Source: a virus
Lineage: Duplodnaviria; Heunggongvirae; Uroviricota; Caudoviricetes
Strand: one strand, 5' to 3'
IMG/VR virus record: IMGVR_UViG_2778261458_000005
Coordinates: 1 to 41,650 of that record
DNA: 41,650 bases
The position numbers and the translations under genes are program-made. Of the stretch, positions 18,342 through 30,697 are shown piece by piece. The notes beneath the pieces are model-generated. The model had not been told where the DNA came from and did not search any database. It saw only the letters and a list, made by a program, of their open reading frames with translations. Every line of letters begins with the position of its first letter. Position 1 is the first letter of the stretch.

Positions 18342-18830
18342 ATGGCAGCACCAAAGGGCAACCGATTTTGGGAGGCCCGCAGTAGTCATGGGCGAAACCC
18401 TAAATTCGAATCGCCTGAGGCGCTGTGGGCTGCTTGTTGTGAATACTTCGAGTGGGTGGAAGCTAACCCGCTATGGGAGATGAAGGCGTTCTCGTATCAG
18501 GGTGAAGTGATACAAGAGCCTATCGCCAAGATGCGAGCGATGACCATTACCGGCCTCACTCTGTTCATTGATGTGACGCTTGAAACATGGCGCACATATC
18601 GCCTGAGAGAAGATTTATCTGAAGTCGTTACGCGAGCAGAACAGGTCATCTACGATCAGAAATTCTCTGGCGCAGCCGCTGACCTTCTCAACGCTAACAT
18701 CATCGCCCGTGATTTGGGCCTCAAAGAGCAGTCGCAAGTTGAAGACGTGACACCTGATAAGGGAGATCGCGATAAGCGACGCTCTCGTATCAAGGAGCTA
18801 TTCAACCGTGGAACTGGACGCGATTCTTGA
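18342..18830 (+). CDS. Terminase small subunit (P22 gp3 type)
   Basis: [38 protein letters not shown] matches P22 gp3 as I recall it; start at second ATG gives 162 aa. Confidence 0.85.
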   Translation: MAAPKGNRFWEARSSHGRNPKFESPEALWAACCEYFEWVEANPLWEMKAFSYQGEVIQEPIAKMRAMTITGLTLFIDVTLETWRTYRLREDLSEVVTRAEQVIYDQKFSGAAADLLNANIIARDLGLKEQSQVEDVTPDKGDRDKRRSRIKELFNRGTGRDS

Positions 18831-20310
18831 TAACCTGAGCGACGAAGAGCAAATCGAGTTGCTCGAGCTACTCGAAGAAGAAGAGAACTACCGGAACACA
18901 CACCTGCTATATGAATTTACGCCATACAGCAAACAGCGTGAGTTCATCGACGCCGGGCATGACTATCCAGAGCGATGTTTTATGGCTGGCAACCAGCTTG
19001 GTAAGTCATTTACTGGTGCTGCTGAAGTCGCGTTTCACCTTACCGGGCGTTATCCGGGCACAAAAGGCTATCCTGCTGATGGTAAATATGGCGGTGAGTG
19101 GAAAGGTAAGCGTTTCTATGAGCCTGTTGTCTTCTGGATTGGTGGCGAGACAAATGAGACGGTAACCAAAACGACTCAACGCATCCTGTGCGGTCGTATC
19201 GAAGAGAATGATGAGCCTGGCTACGGTTCCATACCGAAAGAAGACATCATTAGCTGGAAGAAGTCTCCTTTCTTTCCGAACCTTGTTGATCATCTTCTGG
19301 TTAAGCATCACACGGCTGATGGCGTTGAAGATGGCATTTCAATCTGCTACTTCAAACCATACTCGCAAGGCCGTGCTCGCTGGCAGGGTGACACAATCCA
19401 CGGCGTGTGGTTTGACGAAGAGCCACCATACAGCATTTATGGCGAAGGGCTTACCCGTACCAACAAATACGGGCAATTCTCAATTCTGACGTTTACCCCG
19501 CTGATGGGGATGTCTGACGTTGTTACCAAGTTCCTGAAGAATCCCAGCAAGTCGCAGAAAGTGGTCAACATGACCATCTATGACGCTGAGCACTACACCG
19601 ACGAGCAGAAAGAGCAAATCATCGCATCCTATCCTGAGCATGAGAGAGAGGCGCGTGCTCGCGGTATTCCTACGATGGGTAGTGGTCGAATCTTCCAGAT
19701 ACCGGAAGAGACGATTAAGTGTCAGCCGTTCGAGTGTCCTGATCACTTCTACGTAATTGGCGGGATGGATTTCGGATGGGATCACCCACAGGCGCAGGTT
19801 CAGCTTTGGTGGGATAAGGACGCAGACACAATCTACGTTTCACGCGTGTGGAAGGCGAAAGAAAAAACAGCTGTTCAGGCATGGGGGGCCGTTAAATCAT
19901 GGGCGCATAAAGTGCCAACCGCATGGCCTCATGACGGAAACCAGCACGAGAAGGGCGGCGGCGAGCAGCTCAAAGGGCAGTATGCAGACGCTGGATTTAT
20001 GATGTTACAGGAGCATGCGACATGGCCTGATGGCGGTAATGCTGTTGAGCCTGGAATCACTGAATTGCGCGACATGATGCTTGATGGTCGCTTCAAAGTA
20101 TTCAACACCTGTGAGCCATTCTTTGAGGAGTTCCGCCTCTATCACCGTGATGAAAACGGGAAGATCGTCAAGCTTAACGACGACGTTCTCTCAGCCGTTC
20201 GCTATGCATACATGATGCGCCGCTTCGCCAAAATGATGCGCGACATCAAAAAACCAAAAGAGAAAAAGATACCAGCCCCAATCAGGCCCATCGCACGGTC
20301 AACAAGATAG
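18808..20310 (+). CDS. Terminase large subunit (P22 gp2 type)
   Basis: About 500 aa; ATPase and nuclease regions; GTG start with AAGGAG RBS; overlaps the small-terminase gene. Confidence 0.9.
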   Translation: MELDAILDNLSDEEQIELLELLEEEENYRNTHLLYEFTPYSKQREFIDAGHDYPERCFMAGNQLGKSFTGAAEVAFHLTGRYPGTKGYPADGKYGGEWKGKRFYEPVVFWIGGETNETVTKTTQRILCGRIEENDEPGYGSIPKEDIISWKKSPFFPNLVDHLLVKHHTADGVEDGISICYFKPYSQGRARWQGDTIHGVWFDEEPPYSIYGEGLTRTNKYGQFSILTFTPLMGMSDVVTKFLKNPSKSQKVVNMTIYDAEHYTDEQKEQIIASYPEHEREARARGIPTMGSGRIFQIPEETIKCQPFECPDHFYVIGGMDFGWDHPQAQVQLWWDKDADTIYVSRVWKAKEKTAVQAWGAVKSWAHKVPTAWPHDGNQHEKGGGEQLKGQYADAGFMMLQEHATWPDGGNAVEPGITELRDMMLDGRFKVFNTCEPFFEEFRLYHRDENGKIVKLNDDVLSAVRYAYMMRRFAKMMRDIKKPKEKKIPAPIRPIARSTR

Positions 20311-20319
20311 ATACTGTTG

Positions 20320-20820
20320 TTACGGCTTGAGAAATTCAGAGGCAGCGGAATTCAGAGCGTTAATAAATGCTACCTTATGCTTGTATGCATCTAATGCTGT
20401 AGCGAATCCGCTTTTTGTGTATTTCTTGCCTTCTACCACAAATTGCCACATGTAGTTATTTGTGTCCTTGCGATAGGAAACTCCTTTGTATCCAGTTGAA
20501 TTGTCGCAATCCATGCCACGGTTTAGTCCGTTCAACTGCTTATTGGCATCTCTAAGATTACAGATGCGGTTATCAGCACGGTTTCCGTTTATGTGATCTA
20601 CTGCTTCGGGCCAGTAACCATAGTAGTGCGCAAAACAAATTCTGTGCACGTAGTACAGTTTTTTACCAAGCCTTACATCAAGGTATCCGTTTCCATGCTG
20701 GCACCCAACGGGCTTGCCGTTAAGGTCTGTCCTCCTTGTGCGATTAGCCGCGTACAAAATTCCGGTTTCAGCATCGTATGTGAAATTTTTCCTTATATCT
20801 TCTATAGATGGATGGCTCAC
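20320..20820 (-). CDS. HNH homing endonuclease with AP2-like DNA-binding domain
   Basis: HNH motif VDHINGNRADNRICNLR; AP2-like YKGVSYRKDTNNYMWQ; GTG start with AGGAG RBS; opposite strand and more AT-rich than neighbours. Confidence 0.85.
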   Translation of the reverse strand: MSHPSIEDIRKNFTYDAETGILYAANRTRRTDLNGKPVGCQHGNGYLDVRLGKKLYYVHRICFAHYYGYWPEAVDHINGNRADNRICNLRDANKQLNGLNRGMDCDNSTGYKGVSYRKDTNNYMWQFVVEGKKYTKSGFATALDAYKHKVAFINALNSAASEFLKP

Positions 20821-20870
20821 AATAGAATCTCCTGTTGAAGTTGTCCCATTGATTTTATCACGGTAAAGTT

Positions 20871-23039
20871 ATGACTGACAACGCAGAGCGATTAAATAAG
20901 ATACTGCAAGCATTCGATGTTGATTGGATGTCTTCCGACGAGGCGAGAACAGAAGCTTCTAACGATTTATACTTCAGTCGCATAAGCCAATGGGATGACT
21001 GGCTATCAAACTACACTACCCTGCAATATCGCGGACAATTCGATGTTGTTCGCCCGGTGGTCAGGAAACTGGTCGCAGAGATGCGCCGGAACCCTATCGA
21101 CGTTCTATTCAGACCAAAAGACGGCGCTAATCCTGATGCTGCCGATGTGTTGATGGGAATGTATCGTACTGATATGCGCCATAACACGGCAAAAATTGCC
21201 GTTAACGTTGGCGTTCGTGAGCAGATAGAGTCAGGCGTTGGTGCATGGCGTCTGGTCACGCAGTACGAAGACAACGACCCAACAAGCAACAATCAGGTAA
21301 TCCGACGCCTGCCAATCCATGAAGCCTGCTCACACGTCATATGGGACGCCAACAGCAAGCAGATGGATAAGAGCGACGCTAAGCACTGCACGGTGATTAA
21401 CGCCTTGTCACGCAATGGCTGGAAAGAGTTCGCAGAGGATTACGGTATTGATCCTGACACGCTGCCATCTTTCCAGAATCCAAACGATACATGGCTGTTT
21501 CCGTGGGTATCGAATGATGTCGTCTACGTCGCTGAGTATTACGAGGTCGAAGAGAAGAAAGAGAAAGTCTTCATCTACCGCGACCCGCTGACAGGTGAGC
21601 CGGTCAGCTATTACCAGCAGGATATCAAAGACGTCATCGACGACCTGGCTAATCGTGGATTCATTAAGGTAGCAGAGCGCAAGGTGAAGCGTCGGCGTGT
21701 GTATAAGTCGATCATCACCTGCACGCAGATACTGAAAGACCGCGAGAAGATAGCCGGAGAGCATATTCCAATCGTTCCAGTGTATGGAGAATGGTCATTC
21801 GCTGGTGACAAGGAGTGCTACGAAGGAGTGGTAAGGCTGACGAAAGACGGCCAACGCCTTCGTAACATGATCATGTCATTCAACGCCGATATTGTTGCTC
21901 GTTCACCGAAGAAGAAACCGACCTTCTTCCCTGAGCAAATCGAAGGCTACGAATACATGTACGGTGGAAATGATGACTATCCGTACTATCTGCAGAACAG
22001 GACCGATGAAAACGGTAACGACCTGCCGATTGGTCCAATCTCCTACATGGAAAACCCTGAAGTGCCGCAAGCCAACGCTTACATGCTTGAGGCAGCCACC
22101 AACGCAGTGAAAGAGGTGGCTAGTCTTGGCGTTGATGCGCAGGCGGCAAATGGTCAGGTCGCTTTCGATACCGTCAATCAACTGAACATGCGGGCAGACC
22201 TTGAGACATACGTGTTTCAGGATAACCTGGCTACCGCAATGCGACGTGATGGCGAGATTTATGCCTCAATGGTCAACGATATTTATGACGTTCCTCGTCA
22301 TGTAACGCTGACACTTGAAGATGGAAGCGAGAAAGACGTTCAACTCTACGCGCAAGTTGTCGATTACCAGTCCGGTAATGTGGTCACACTCAACGACATT
22401 CGCGGTCGCTATGAGTGCTATACAGACGTTGGGCCATCCTTCCAGAGCATGAAGGAACAGAACCGCGCAGAGATTCAGGAGTTGCTCACCAAGGTTCCGC
22501 AAGGTACTCCAGAGTTCCAGATGCTGATGCTGCAATACTTCACGCTGCTTGACGGTAAAGGCGTCGAGATGATGCGAGAGTACGCGAACAAGCAACTGGT
22601 GATGATGGGGCTTAAGAAACCAGAAACACCTGAAGAGATGGAGATGGTACAGCAGGCTCAACAGCAGCCGCAGCAGCCATCAGCAGAGCAAATTCAGGCG
22701 CAGGGTATCCTTCTGCAAGGTCAGGCTGAATTGCTCAAGGCAGAGAACCAACAGGCGCAGATTCAGGTTGAAGCTGCCAAGGTTGAAGCCCAAAACCAAC
22801 TCAACGCCGCGAAGATTGCAGAAATCTTCAACAATATGGACCTCGACAAGCAGGCAGAACTGCGTGAGTACCTCAAGCTCGTAGGTCAATTCCAGCAACA
22901 GCGCAGCAAAGATGCTCGTGCTAACGCTGAGCTGCTTCTTAAAGATGCAGACCAGACTCATTCACAACGCATGGATTTCGCGAATCTTATGCGCCAAGTT
23001 CAAATCCCCTCCGGCGGAGTAGCCGAGACACCTCAATAA
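20871..23039 (+). CDS. Portal protein (P22 gp1 type)
   Basis: 722 aa; N-terminal third closely matches P22 gp1 as I recall it ([18 protein letters not shown]...[18 protein letters not shown]). Confidence 0.95.
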   Translation: MTDNAERLNKILQAFDVDWMSSDEARTEASNDLYFSRISQWDDWLSNYTTLQYRGQFDVVRPVVRKLVAEMRRNPIDVLFRPKDGANPDAADVLMGMYRTDMRHNTAKIAVNVGVREQIESGVGAWRLVTQYEDNDPTSNNQVIRRLPIHEACSHVIWDANSKQMDKSDAKHCTVINALSRNGWKEFAEDYGIDPDTLPSFQNPNDTWLFPWVSNDVVYVAEYYEVEEKKEKVFIYRDPLTGEPVSYYQQDIKDVIDDLANRGFIKVAERKVKRRRVYKSIITCTQILKDREKIAGEHIPIVPVYGEWSFAGDKECYEGVVRLTKDGQRLRNMIMSFNADIVARSPKKKPTFFPEQIEGYEYMYGGNDDYPYYLQNRTDENGNDLPIGPISYMENPEVPQANAYMLEAATNAVKEVASLGVDAQAANGQVAFDTVNQLNMRADLETYVFQDNLATAMRRDGEIYASMVNDIYDVPRHVTLTLEDGSEKDVQLYAQVVDYQSGNVVTLNDIRGRYECYTDVGPSFQSMKEQNRAEIQELLTKVPQGTPEFQMLMLQYFTLLDGKGVEMMREYANKQLVMMGLKKPETPEEMEMVQQAQQQPQQPSAEQIQAQGILLQGQAELLKAENQQAQIQVEAAKVEAQNQLNAAKIAEIFNNMDLDKQAELREYLKLVGQFQQQRSKDARANAELLLKDADQTHSQRMDFANLMRQVQIPSGGVAETPQ

Positions 23040-23052
23040 GAGAGAGTTAATC

Positions 23053-23964
23053 ATGAACCCAACCACCGACATTCAGACTTCTGAAGAATTAACCCTGCCC
23101 GGCAATCATGCAGCGGCATCTGCTGATGGCTTAGTTGTCGATAATGCCAACGACAACGCAGGTCAGGAAGAAGGCTTCGAGATTGTCCTGAAAGACGATG
23201 AGAAACCAAAACAAGACCCGGCAACTAATGCTGAATTTGCCCGTCGCCGCATCGAACGCAAACGCCAGCGTGAGCTTGAGCAGCAGATGGAAGCGGTTAA
23301 GCGTGGAGAGTTGCCGGAGCACCTGCGGGTGAACCCTGAGTTACCAAAACAACCAGACCCTAACGATTATCTTTCCGAAGATGCACTAGCTAAGTACGAC
23401 TATGACCATAGCCGCGCACTGGCTGCCTTCCAGCAGGCAAACAGTGAATGGCAGATCAAGGCTATGGACGCACGAAGCCAGGCTGTCGCCGAGCAGGGTC
23501 GCAAAACTCAGGAGTTCACCCAGCAATCAGCGCAATACGTCGAGGCAGCCCGTAAGCACTACGACGCAGCGGAAAAGCTCAATATCCCTGACTATCAGGA
23601 GAAAGAGGATGCATTCATGCAACTGGTGCCGCCAGCAGTCGGTGCCGACATCATGCGCCTCTTCCCGGAGAAATCCGCCGCTCTCATGTATCACCTTGGT
23701 GCTAATCCTGAGAAAACACGCCAGTTGCTGGCGATGGACGGGCAATCCGCGCTGATTGAACTCACTCGACTGTCAGAACGTTTAACTCTCAAGCCTCGAG
23801 CCAAACCTGTTTCAGAAGCCCCGCTACCTGATGAACCCATTCAGGGACACGCTGTTGCTGCAAATATATCTGCGATTGAAAAGCAGATGGAAGCGGCAGC
23901 AAACAAAGGGGATGTAGAGACATACCGCAAGCTCAAGGCGCAACTGAATAAAGGAATTCGATAA
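23053..23964 (+). CDS. Scaffolding protein (P22 gp8 type)
   Basis: 303 aa, same length and position as P22 gp8; charged helical composition. Confidence 0.85.
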   Translation: MNPTTDIQTSEELTLPGNHAAASADGLVVDNANDNAGQEEGFEIVLKDDEKPKQDPATNAEFARRRIERKRQRELEQQMEAVKRGELPEHLRVNPELPKQPDPNDYLSEDALAKYDYDHSRALAAFQQANSEWQIKAMDARSQAVAEQGRKTQEFTQQSAQYVEAARKHYDAAEKLNIPDYQEKEDAFMQLVPPAVGADIMRLFPEKSAALMYHLGANPEKTRQLLAMDGQSALIELTRLSERLTLKPRAKPVSEAPLPDEPIQGHAVAANISAIEKQMEAAANKGDVETYRKLKAQLNKGIR

Positions 23965-25259
23965 TGGCATTAAATGAAGGTCAACTGGTCACGTATGCTC
24001 TGGATGAAATCATCGAAACCGTCCAGAACCTGACGCCAATGGCGTCCAAAGTGACAAAATACACCCCTCCGGCAGAATCCATGCAACGTTCAAGCAACAC
24101 CGTGTGGATGCCTGTTGAGCAGGAAGCGCCAACTCAGACTGGCTGGGATTTAACTGGCAACGCTACCGGTATTCTGGAACTGTCCGTGAAATGCAACATG
24201 GGCGATCCGGATAACGATTTCTTCGAGCTTCGTGCAGATGACCTGCGTGATGAGCGTTCTTACCGTCGCCGCATCCAGGCATCCGCCAAAAAACTGGCGA
24301 ATAACATTGAGTCAGCGATTGCCAAACAGGCAACTGAAATGGGCTCGCTTGTTGTTCACGATACCCGCGCAATTGGTCCATCTACTGGCCTGTCTGGCTG
24401 GGATTTTGTGTCTGATGCAGAGCGCCTGATGTTCTCCCGTGAGCTAAACCGCGATATGGGCATCAGTTACTTCCTGAACCCTGACGATTACCGCAAAGCA
24501 GGCCGCAACCTGGTAGATGGTGACATCTTCGGGCGCGTTCCTGAAGAAGCGTATCGCAACGGTACTATTCAGCGTCAGATTGCTGGCTTTGATGAAATTC
24601 TTCGCTCACCGAAACTTCCGGCAGTTACCAAGTCAACCGCGACTGGTGTAACTGTTTCTGGTGCGCAGAAGTTTAAGCCGCAGGCATACACCCTTGATAC
24701 CGATGGTAACAAAGAGAACGTCGACAACCGTGTTGCAACGGTGACCGTATCCTCCACCACCGGGTTTAAGCGCGGCGACAAAATCAGCTTCACTGGTGTG
24801 AAATTCCTGTCTCAGATGGCGAAGAACGTGCTGACTGATGATGCTACTTTCTCAATCACCCGTGTGATCGATGGTACTCACATCGAAATCACGCCGAAGC
24901 CGATTGCGCTGGATGACGCGTCACTGACAAAAGAAGAGAAGGCTTACGCTAACGTAAACACCTCTCTTGCTGAGAGCACTCCGGTAAACGTTCTGAACGT
25001 GGCAACAACTACCGCTAACGTGTTCTGGGCTGATGACTCAATCCGTCTGCTGTCTCAGCCGATCCCGGTAACCCATGAGCTGTTTGCTGGCATGAAAACG
25101 TCTTCCTTCAGCATTCCTGGTATTGGTGTTAACGGCATCTTCGCAACGCAGGGTGATATCAACACTCTGTCTGGTAAGTGCCGTATTGCTGTGTGGTATT
25201 CAGCATGTGCTGTACGACCAGAGGCAATTGGTGTTGGTCTGCCTAACCAGACTGCGTGA
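23964..25259 (+). CDS. Major capsid (coat) protein (P22 gp5 type)
   Basis: 431 aa versus 430 for P22 gp5; correct synteny. Confidence 0.9.
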   Translation: MALNEGQLVTYALDEIIETVQNLTPMASKVTKYTPPAESMQRSSNTVWMPVEQEAPTQTGWDLTGNATGILELSVKCNMGDPDNDFFELRADDLRDERSYRRRIQASAKKLANNIESAIAKQATEMGSLVVHDTRAIGPSTGLSGWDFVSDAERLMFSRELNRDMGISYFLNPDDYRKAGRNLVDGDIFGRVPEEAYRNGTIQRQIAGFDEILRSPKLPAVTKSTATGVTVSGAQKFKPQAYTLDTDGNKENVDNRVATVTVSSTTGFKRGDKISFTGVKFLSQMAKNVLTDDATFSITRVIDGTHIEITPKPIALDDASLTKEEKAYANVNTSLAESTPVNVLNVATTTANVFWADDSIRLLSQPIPVTHELFAGMKTSSFSIPGIGVNGIFATQGDINTLSGKCRIAVWYSACAVRPEAIGVGLPNQTA

Positions 25260-25267
25260 TAACCAGA

Positions 25268-25290
25268 GGGAGCTTCGGCTCCCTTTTTTA
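25268..25290 (+). terminator. Rho-independent terminator after the coat gene
   Basis: GGGAGC-TTCG-GCTCCC followed by TTTTTT. Confidence 0.7.
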
Positions 25291-25303
25291 TCTGGAGACA
25301 AGC

Positions 25304-25534
25304 ATGACACACATGATCTTTCGTCATGGCGACATGAAGAAGTGGAAAGGCGTTGGCTACGACTTTGAAATCGTGAAAGCCGAAGAGCTTCAGGAATATC
25401 TGGATGCTGGTTGGTTTTCACATCCTGATGACCTTTTGAAGGATGTTGCAGAGCCAGAGCCAGAAGAAAAACAGCGTAAAAAGCCTGGTCGAAAACCTAA
25501 GGCGGCATCAGATGAACCTGACAACGAAGGGTGA
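25304..25534 (+). CDS. Hypothetical small acidic protein between coat and gp4
   Basis: Internal ATG with GGAG RBS; overlaps the gp4 start by about 20 nt. Confidence 0.4.
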   Translation: MTHMIFRHGDMKKWKGVGYDFEIVKAEELQEYLDAGWFSHPDDLLKDVAEPEPEEKQRKKPGRKPKAASDEPDNEG

Positions 25535-26012
25535 TTTAGTTCTTGCAGCATTACGTAAGCTCGGTGTGGCATCAAATGCCACGTTAACCGATGTCGAACC
25601 GCAGTCTATGGAAGACGGCGTCAACGACCTTGAAATGATGATGGCTGAATGGCTTGGCGGTGATGCGTCACCTGGGATCAACGTTGGCTACATTTTTGCT
25701 GATGCAGATGTCGCTCCAGATCCGGGCGATGAGCACGGTTTATCAAATAACGCTATCAATGCCGTCATTTTCAACCTTGCCTGCCGCATTGCTCCGGATT
25801 ATGCGCTGGAAGCGTCAGCAAAACTTATAACCACTGCCAGATACGGGAAAGAGCGACTCGTCAAACTGTCTGCAATGGACAGAGCAAAAGCCGCTAAATG
25901 TAAGTCCGGTTATCCAAACCGTATGCCTGTTGGTAGCGGTAATCAGTTGGCGAAGTGGAACGGTTGGAATTACTTCCACCGAAAGGAACCTTGCGATAAC
26001 GGGAGCGAATAA
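25512..26012 (+). CDS. Tail accessory / head-completion protein (P22 gp4 type)
   Basis: 166 aa from ATG 25512, same as P22 gp4; [25 protein letters not shown] matches gp4. Confidence 0.8.
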   Translation: MNLTTKGDLVLAALRKLGVASNATLTDVEPQSMEDGVNDLEMMMAEWLGGDASPGINVGYIFADADVAPDPGDEHGLSNNAINAVIFNLACRIAPDYALEASAKLITTARYGKERLVKLSAMDRAKAAKCKSGYPNRMPVGSGNQLAKWNGWNYFHRKEPCDNGSE

Positions 26013-27430
26013 TGCCGATTCAGCAACTTCCGCTTATGAAAGGTGTCGGCAAAGACTTCCGAAACGCCGACTATATCGACTATCTGCCAGTGAATATGCT
26101 GGCTACACCCAAAGAAATCCTCAACAGCAGCGGATATCTTCGCTCATTCCCGGGCATTGCCAAACGTTCTGATGTGAACGGCGTATCGCGCGGCGTCGAG
26201 TACAACATGGCGCAGAATGCTGTTTATCGCGTGTGTGGTGGCAAACTGTATAAGGGAGAAAGTGAGGTCGGTGATGTTGCCGGAAGTGGTCGCGTATCAA
26301 TGGCGCATGGTCGGACATCACAGGCGGTAGGCGTTAATGGTCAACTGGTCGAGTATCGTTATGATGGCACGGTTAAAACCGTCTCAAACTGGCCTACAGA
26401 CAGCGGATTCACGCAGTATGAGTTAGGCTCAGTCCGCGACATTACGCGCTTACGTGGGCGTTATGCGTGGTCAAAAGACGGCACTGATTCATGGTTTATC
26501 ACTGACCTTGAAGACGAATCGCATCCTGACCGCTACAGCGCACAATATCGTGCAGAGTCTCAGCCTGACGGCATCATCGGCATCGGAACATGGCGAGATT
26601 TCATCGTCTGCTTTGGTTCATCGACGATTGAATATTTCTCCCTGACTGGTGCAACCACCGTTGGTGCTGCTTTGTATGTCGCACAGCCATCACTGATGGT
26701 ACAGAAAGGCATTGCCGGAACTTACTGCAAAACGCCATTCGCTGATTCTTATGCGTTCATCAGCAATCCGGCAACAGGTGCGCCGTCTGTATATATCATC
26801 GGCTCCGGCCAGGTGTCACCAATCGCCAGCGCGAGCATTGAGAAAATTCTCCGCTCCTACACTGCTGATGAACTGGCTGATGGTGTGATGGAATCGCTGC
26901 GATTTGATGCTCATGAGTTGCTGATTATCCACCTTCCGCGCCATGTTCTCGTGTACGACGCATCTTCAAGCGCCAATGGTCCGCAATGGTGTGTACTGAA
27001 AACAGGCCTGTATGACGATGTGTACCGCGCTATCGACTTCATTTACGAAGGCAACCAAATAACGTGCGGCGATAAGCTTGAATCGATGACAGGGAAATTG
27101 CAGTTCGATATCAGCAGCCAGTACGACAAGCAACAGGAACATCTGCTGTTTACTCCGCTGTTCAAAGCGGATAACGCAAGAGTGTTCGACCTTGAGGTTG
27201 AATCTTCAACTGGTGTTGCGCAGTACGCCGACCGCTTGTTCCTTTCTGCAACCACTGACGGCATCAATTACGGACGTGAGCAGATGATTGAGCAGAATGA
27301 ACCTTTCGTTTACGACAAACGTGTTTTGTGGAAGCGTGTCGGGCGCATCAGGAAAAATGTCGGCTTCAAATTGCGCGTTATCACTAAGTCACCTGTCACT
27401 CTGTCAGGCTGCCAGATAAGGATTGAGTAA
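26012..27430 (+). CDS. Tail accessory protein (P22 gp10 type)
   Basis: 472 aa, same as P22 gp10; synteny. Confidence 0.85.
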   Translation: MPIQQLPLMKGVGKDFRNADYIDYLPVNMLATPKEILNSSGYLRSFPGIAKRSDVNGVSRGVEYNMAQNAVYRVCGGKLYKGESEVGDVAGSGRVSMAHGRTSQAVGVNGQLVEYRYDGTVKTVSNWPTDSGFTQYELGSVRDITRLRGRYAWSKDGTDSWFITDLEDESHPDRYSAQYRAESQPDGIIGIGTWRDFIVCFGSSTIEYFSLTGATTVGAALYVAQPSLMVQKGIAGTYCKTPFADSYAFISNPATGAPSVYIIGSGQVSPIASASIEKILRSYTADELADGVMESLRFDAHELLIIHLPRHVLVYDASSSANGPQWCVLKTGLYDDVYRAIDFIYEGNQITCGDKLESMTGKLQFDISSQYDKQQEHLLFTPLFKADNARVFDLEVESSTGVAQYADRLFLSATTDGINYGREQMIEQNEPFVYDKRVLWKRVGRIRKNVGFKLRVITKSPVTLSGCQIRIE

Positions 27431-28131
27431 TGGTTGATTCATCACTGAATGATCCTGTCGTGGTTCAGGCTACGCGCCTTGATGCTTCAATTTTGCCACG
27501 CAATATATTCAGCCAGTCTTACCTGCTGTATGTCATAAATCAGGGTGCTGATGTCGACGCAATTGCCGGGAAGGCAAACCAGGCTGGTCAGGGCGCTTAC
27601 GATGCTCAGGTGAAAAACGATGAACAGGACGCCGAACTGGCAGATCACGATTCAAGAATCACCGCAAACACAAAAGCGATAAATATCCTTGAGGTCAGGT
27701 TAACAACTGCCGAAGGGAAGATAGTCGTACTGCGTAGTGATGTTGATTACTTGCTGGATGAGGTTATCGATATTCAGGCGCATCTGGTCACTGTTGACCA
27801 AAGACTGGATGACGTAGAAAGCGATGTATCTGACATTAAGAGTGATTACGTATCGAAAACCGTAACCGAATCGCAGTCTCTTGCGTCATCGCTGGATGTA
27901 AAAACATCATATTCAGTTGATGGAATTCAGGTTGTTGGAGAAAGAAATACCGGATGGACTGCAGCCACAGGTACGCCACTTCTTGGCTCATTCAACGCTA
28001 ACCAGTCATACACTGTCGGCACTACGTACACACAATCCGAAGTCGCAGCTCTCGCTACAGGTTTGCAGCAGGCGCGGCAGCGTATTCTGGCGCTTGAAAC
28101 GGCACTTAGATTACATGGGCTGATTGACTGA
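27430..28131 (+). CDS. Tail needle protein (P22 gp26 type)
   Basis: 233 aa; N-terminus [28 protein letters not shown] and C-terminal LQQARQRI matches gp26. Confidence 0.85.
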   Translation: MVDSSLNDPVVVQATRLDASILPRNIFSQSYLLYVINQGADVDAIAGKANQAGQGAYDAQVKNDEQDAELADHDSRITANTKAINILEVRLTTAEGKIVVLRSDVDYLLDEVIDIQAHLVTVDQRLDDVESDVSDIKSDYVSKTVTESQSLASSLDVKTSYSVDGIQVVGERNTGWTAATGTPLLGSFNANQSYTVGTTYTQSEVAALATGLQQARQRILALETALRLHGLID

Positions 28132-28586
28132 TGATTACATTCAAACCAACGCGAAACATCGACCTGATAGAAGCAGTCGGAAATCACCCTGACATTATCG
28201 CCGGGAGCAACAACGGCGATGGATACGACTACAAACCTGAATGCCGTTACTTTGAGGTGAGCGTGCACGGGCAGTTCGGCGGCATTGTTTACTATCAGGA
28301 GATTCAGCCGCTGACATTCGATTGCCACGCCATGTACCTGCCAGAGGTTCGTGGATTCAGCAAGGAAATCGGTCTGGCGTTCTGGCGATACATTCTGACT
28401 AACACCACCGTTCAGTGCGTCACATCGTTCGCTGCACGCAAATTCCGCCACGGGCAGATGTACTGCGCAATGATTGGCCTTAAGCGTGTAGGAACCATCA
28501 AGAAATACTTCAAAGGCGTGGATGACGTGACTTTTTACAGCGCAACACGCGAAGAACTAATCGACTTCCTGAATCACGGGAGATAG
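28131..28586 (+). CDS. Head assembly protein (P22 gp14 type)
   Basis: Position and size (151 aa) match P22 gp14. Confidence 0.75.
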   Translation: MITFKPTRNIDLIEAVGNHPDIIAGSNNGDGYDYKPECRYFEVSVHGQFGGIVYYQEIQPLTFDCHAMYLPEVRGFSKEIGLAFWRYILTNTTVQCVTSFAARKFRHGQMYCAMIGLKRVGTIKKYFKGVDDVTFYSATREELIDFLNHGR

Positions 28587-28588
28587 CC

Positions 28589-29281
28589 ATGTTATATGCA
28601 TTTAAGCTGGGCAGAAAACTGCGCGGCGAGGAACCTTATTGCCCTGAAAAAGGCGGGAAAGGTGGCAGCTCTGATAAAAGCGCAAAGTATGCAGCAGAAG
28701 CTCAGAAGTATGCCGCAGACCTGCAAAATCAGCAGTGGCAGACGATCATGAAAAACCTTGCTCCGTTCACGCCTCTTGCGGAGCAGTATGTTAACCAGTT
28801 GCAGAATCTTTCCAGTTTAGAAGGTCAGAGGCAGGCACTTAATCAGTATTACAACTCTCAGCAGTATAAAGACCTTGCAGGTCAGGCGCGTTACCAGAGT
28901 CTTGCTGCTGCGGAGGCGACGGGTGGACTTGGCTCGACAGCCACAAGCAATCAACTGGCCACGATTGCCCCGACTCTCGGTCAGTCGTGGTTGTCAAACC
29001 AGATGAGCAACTACAACAATCTGGCAAACATTGGCCTTGGTGCGCTGCAAGGTCAGGCGAACGCAGGGCAGACATACGCCAACAACATGAGCAGCATTGC
29101 ACAGCAAAGCGCAGCTCTTGCCGCTGCTAATGCCAACAAACCATCAAGTCTTCAGACAGCAATTAGTGGCGGAACGTCTGGTGCGATTGCCGGTGCAGGT
29201 CTTGCCAGCCTTTTGGGAACATCAACACCTTGGGGCGCTGGCATTGGTGCTGGTATCGGATTGCTTGGCTCGTTGTTTTAA
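28589..29281 (+). CDS. Ejection (internal virion) protein (P22 gp7 type)
   Basis: 230 aa; Q/N/A-rich with Gly-rich C-terminus; synteny. Confidence 0.75.
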   Translation: MLYAFKLGRKLRGEEPYCPEKGGKGGSSDKSAKYAAEAQKYAADLQNQQWQTIMKNLAPFTPLAEQYVNQLQNLSSLEGQRQALNQYYNSQQYKDLAGQARYQSLAAAEATGGLGSTATSNQLATIAPTLGQSWLSNQMSNYNNLANIGLGALQGQANAGQTYANNMSSIAQQSAALAAANANKPSSLQTAISGGTSGAIAGAGLASLLGTSTPWGAGIGAGIGLLGSLF

Positions 29282-29290
29282 GGGGTGATC

Positions 29291-30697
29291 ATGGCTACTT
29301 GGCAAGGAACAAACGGCGGATTGTTGGCTGGTATCGGCGGCGTCAACTCAAACGCTCCGAGCGTAAATGACATCGGCAATACGCTTCAGCTTATCAGGCA
29401 GAACAATGATATTGAGCGTTCAGGCGCTAACAATGTTGGGCTGACTGCTTTGCAAGGCCTTTCAGGTATTGCTGGGGTGTTTCAGCAGGAAAAGCAGGCT
29501 CAGCGGCAGAAAGAATTTCAGCAGGCATACGCTAATGCTTATGCGTCTGGTGATCGCGGTGCTTTGCGTCAGTTGGCTACTCAATATCCAGACCAGATTG
29601 AATCCGTTCGTAAAGGCATGGGATTCATTGATGAAGACCAGCGCAATTCTATCGGCACCTTAGCGGCTGGCGCTCGTCTTGCGGCATCGTCTCCAGAAGC
29701 AATGCAATCATGGCTGCAAAACAACGCCAAGGAACTGACTCGCGTCGGTGTTGACCCTAATAACGTTGCTCAGATGTATCAGCAGAACCCTTCAGGATTT
29801 GGTGAGTTTGTTGATCACCTTGGAATGGCTGCTCTTGGTCCGATTGATTACTTCAATGTTCAGGACAAGATGGCTGGTCGTGAAATTGACCGAGGCAGGC
29901 TGGCAGAGACAATCCGCAGCAATCAGGCTGGCGAGGCACTTCAGGCTAGAGGGCAAAACCTTTCCTATCAGTCAGCAATGACTGGGCACAATATCGCAGC
30001 ACAACGCTTGGCTCTGGATCAGCAAGAGTTCGGGTTTAAGATGCAGCAAGCGCAGGAAAAGGCTCAGCAGTTGATTAGCGAAGCACCTAAGCTGTCAGTA
30101 AACATGGAAAAAGGCATCGAGACGGCTGTAAACAATGCCACAGCATCATCAAACTCAGCCAATTCTATGAGTGCGCTTGCTCAACAGTTCAGAGCAGAAA
30201 AACCAACGACAGGTTTGTTCGGTAACGCACAGAACATGTTCGCAAAACTTACCGGAAGCGATACGACATTGCGTGATTTGCGCATCCGACAAAATGCCCT
30301 TGTTAACAGTCAGGTTCTGAAATTCCTACCTCCCGGCCCCGCAACGGATAAAGACGTTGAGATCGTTCGGCAGGGTGCGCCAACTGACATGGATAACCCT
30401 GAGACGGTCGCAAGATGGCTTGATGCGATGGCAAACCTTGAGCGACGAAACGCGCAGTTTAATGAGTTTAAAGCCGAGTGGATGAGCGCGAATGGCAACC
30501 CTGGACAATCGCGTAATGGCGGTCAGATATTGGGGTTGGATGTTAAAAAAGGTGAATCATTGGGGAGCGCCGTTAAGAGGTATATGTCAATGAATACTGA
30601 CGCAGCGCCAGCACAAGATTCGACTCCTTCAGGAGAATCACGGAATCAGGTTGGATCATATACCTCAAAATCAGGCATTCAATTTACGGTGGAATGA
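29291..30697 (+). CDS. Ejection protein (P22 gp20 type)
   Basis: ATG at 29291 with AGGGG RBS (ORF-track start 29285 is GTG); synteny. Confidence 0.75.
   Translation: MATWQGTNGGLLAGIGGVNSNAPSVNDIGNTLQLIRQNNDIERSGANNVGLTALQGLSGIAGVFQQEKQAQRQKEFQQAYANAYASGDRGALRQLATQYPDQIESVRKGMGFIDEDQRNSIGTLAAGARLAASSPEAMQSWLQNNAKELTRVGVDPNNVAQMYQQNPSGFGEFVDHLGMAALGPIDYFNVQDKMAGREIDRGRLAETIRSNQAGEALQARGQNLSYQSAMTGHNIAAQRLALDQQEFGFKMQQAQEKAQQLISEAPKLSVNMEKGIETAVNNATASSNSANSMSALAQQFRAEKPTTGLFGNAQNMFAKLTGSDTTLRDLRIRQNALVNSQVLKFLPPGPATDKDVEIVRQGAPTDMDNPETVARWLDAMANLERRNAQFNEFKAEWMSANGNPGQSRNGGQILGLDVKKGESLGSAVKRYMSMNTDAAPAQDSTPSGESRNQVGSYTSKSGIQFTVE

Noticed and set aside
21011-22961. Several minus-strand ORFs inside the portal gene
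   Set aside because: Antisense to a portal gene that matches P22 gp1 along its length.
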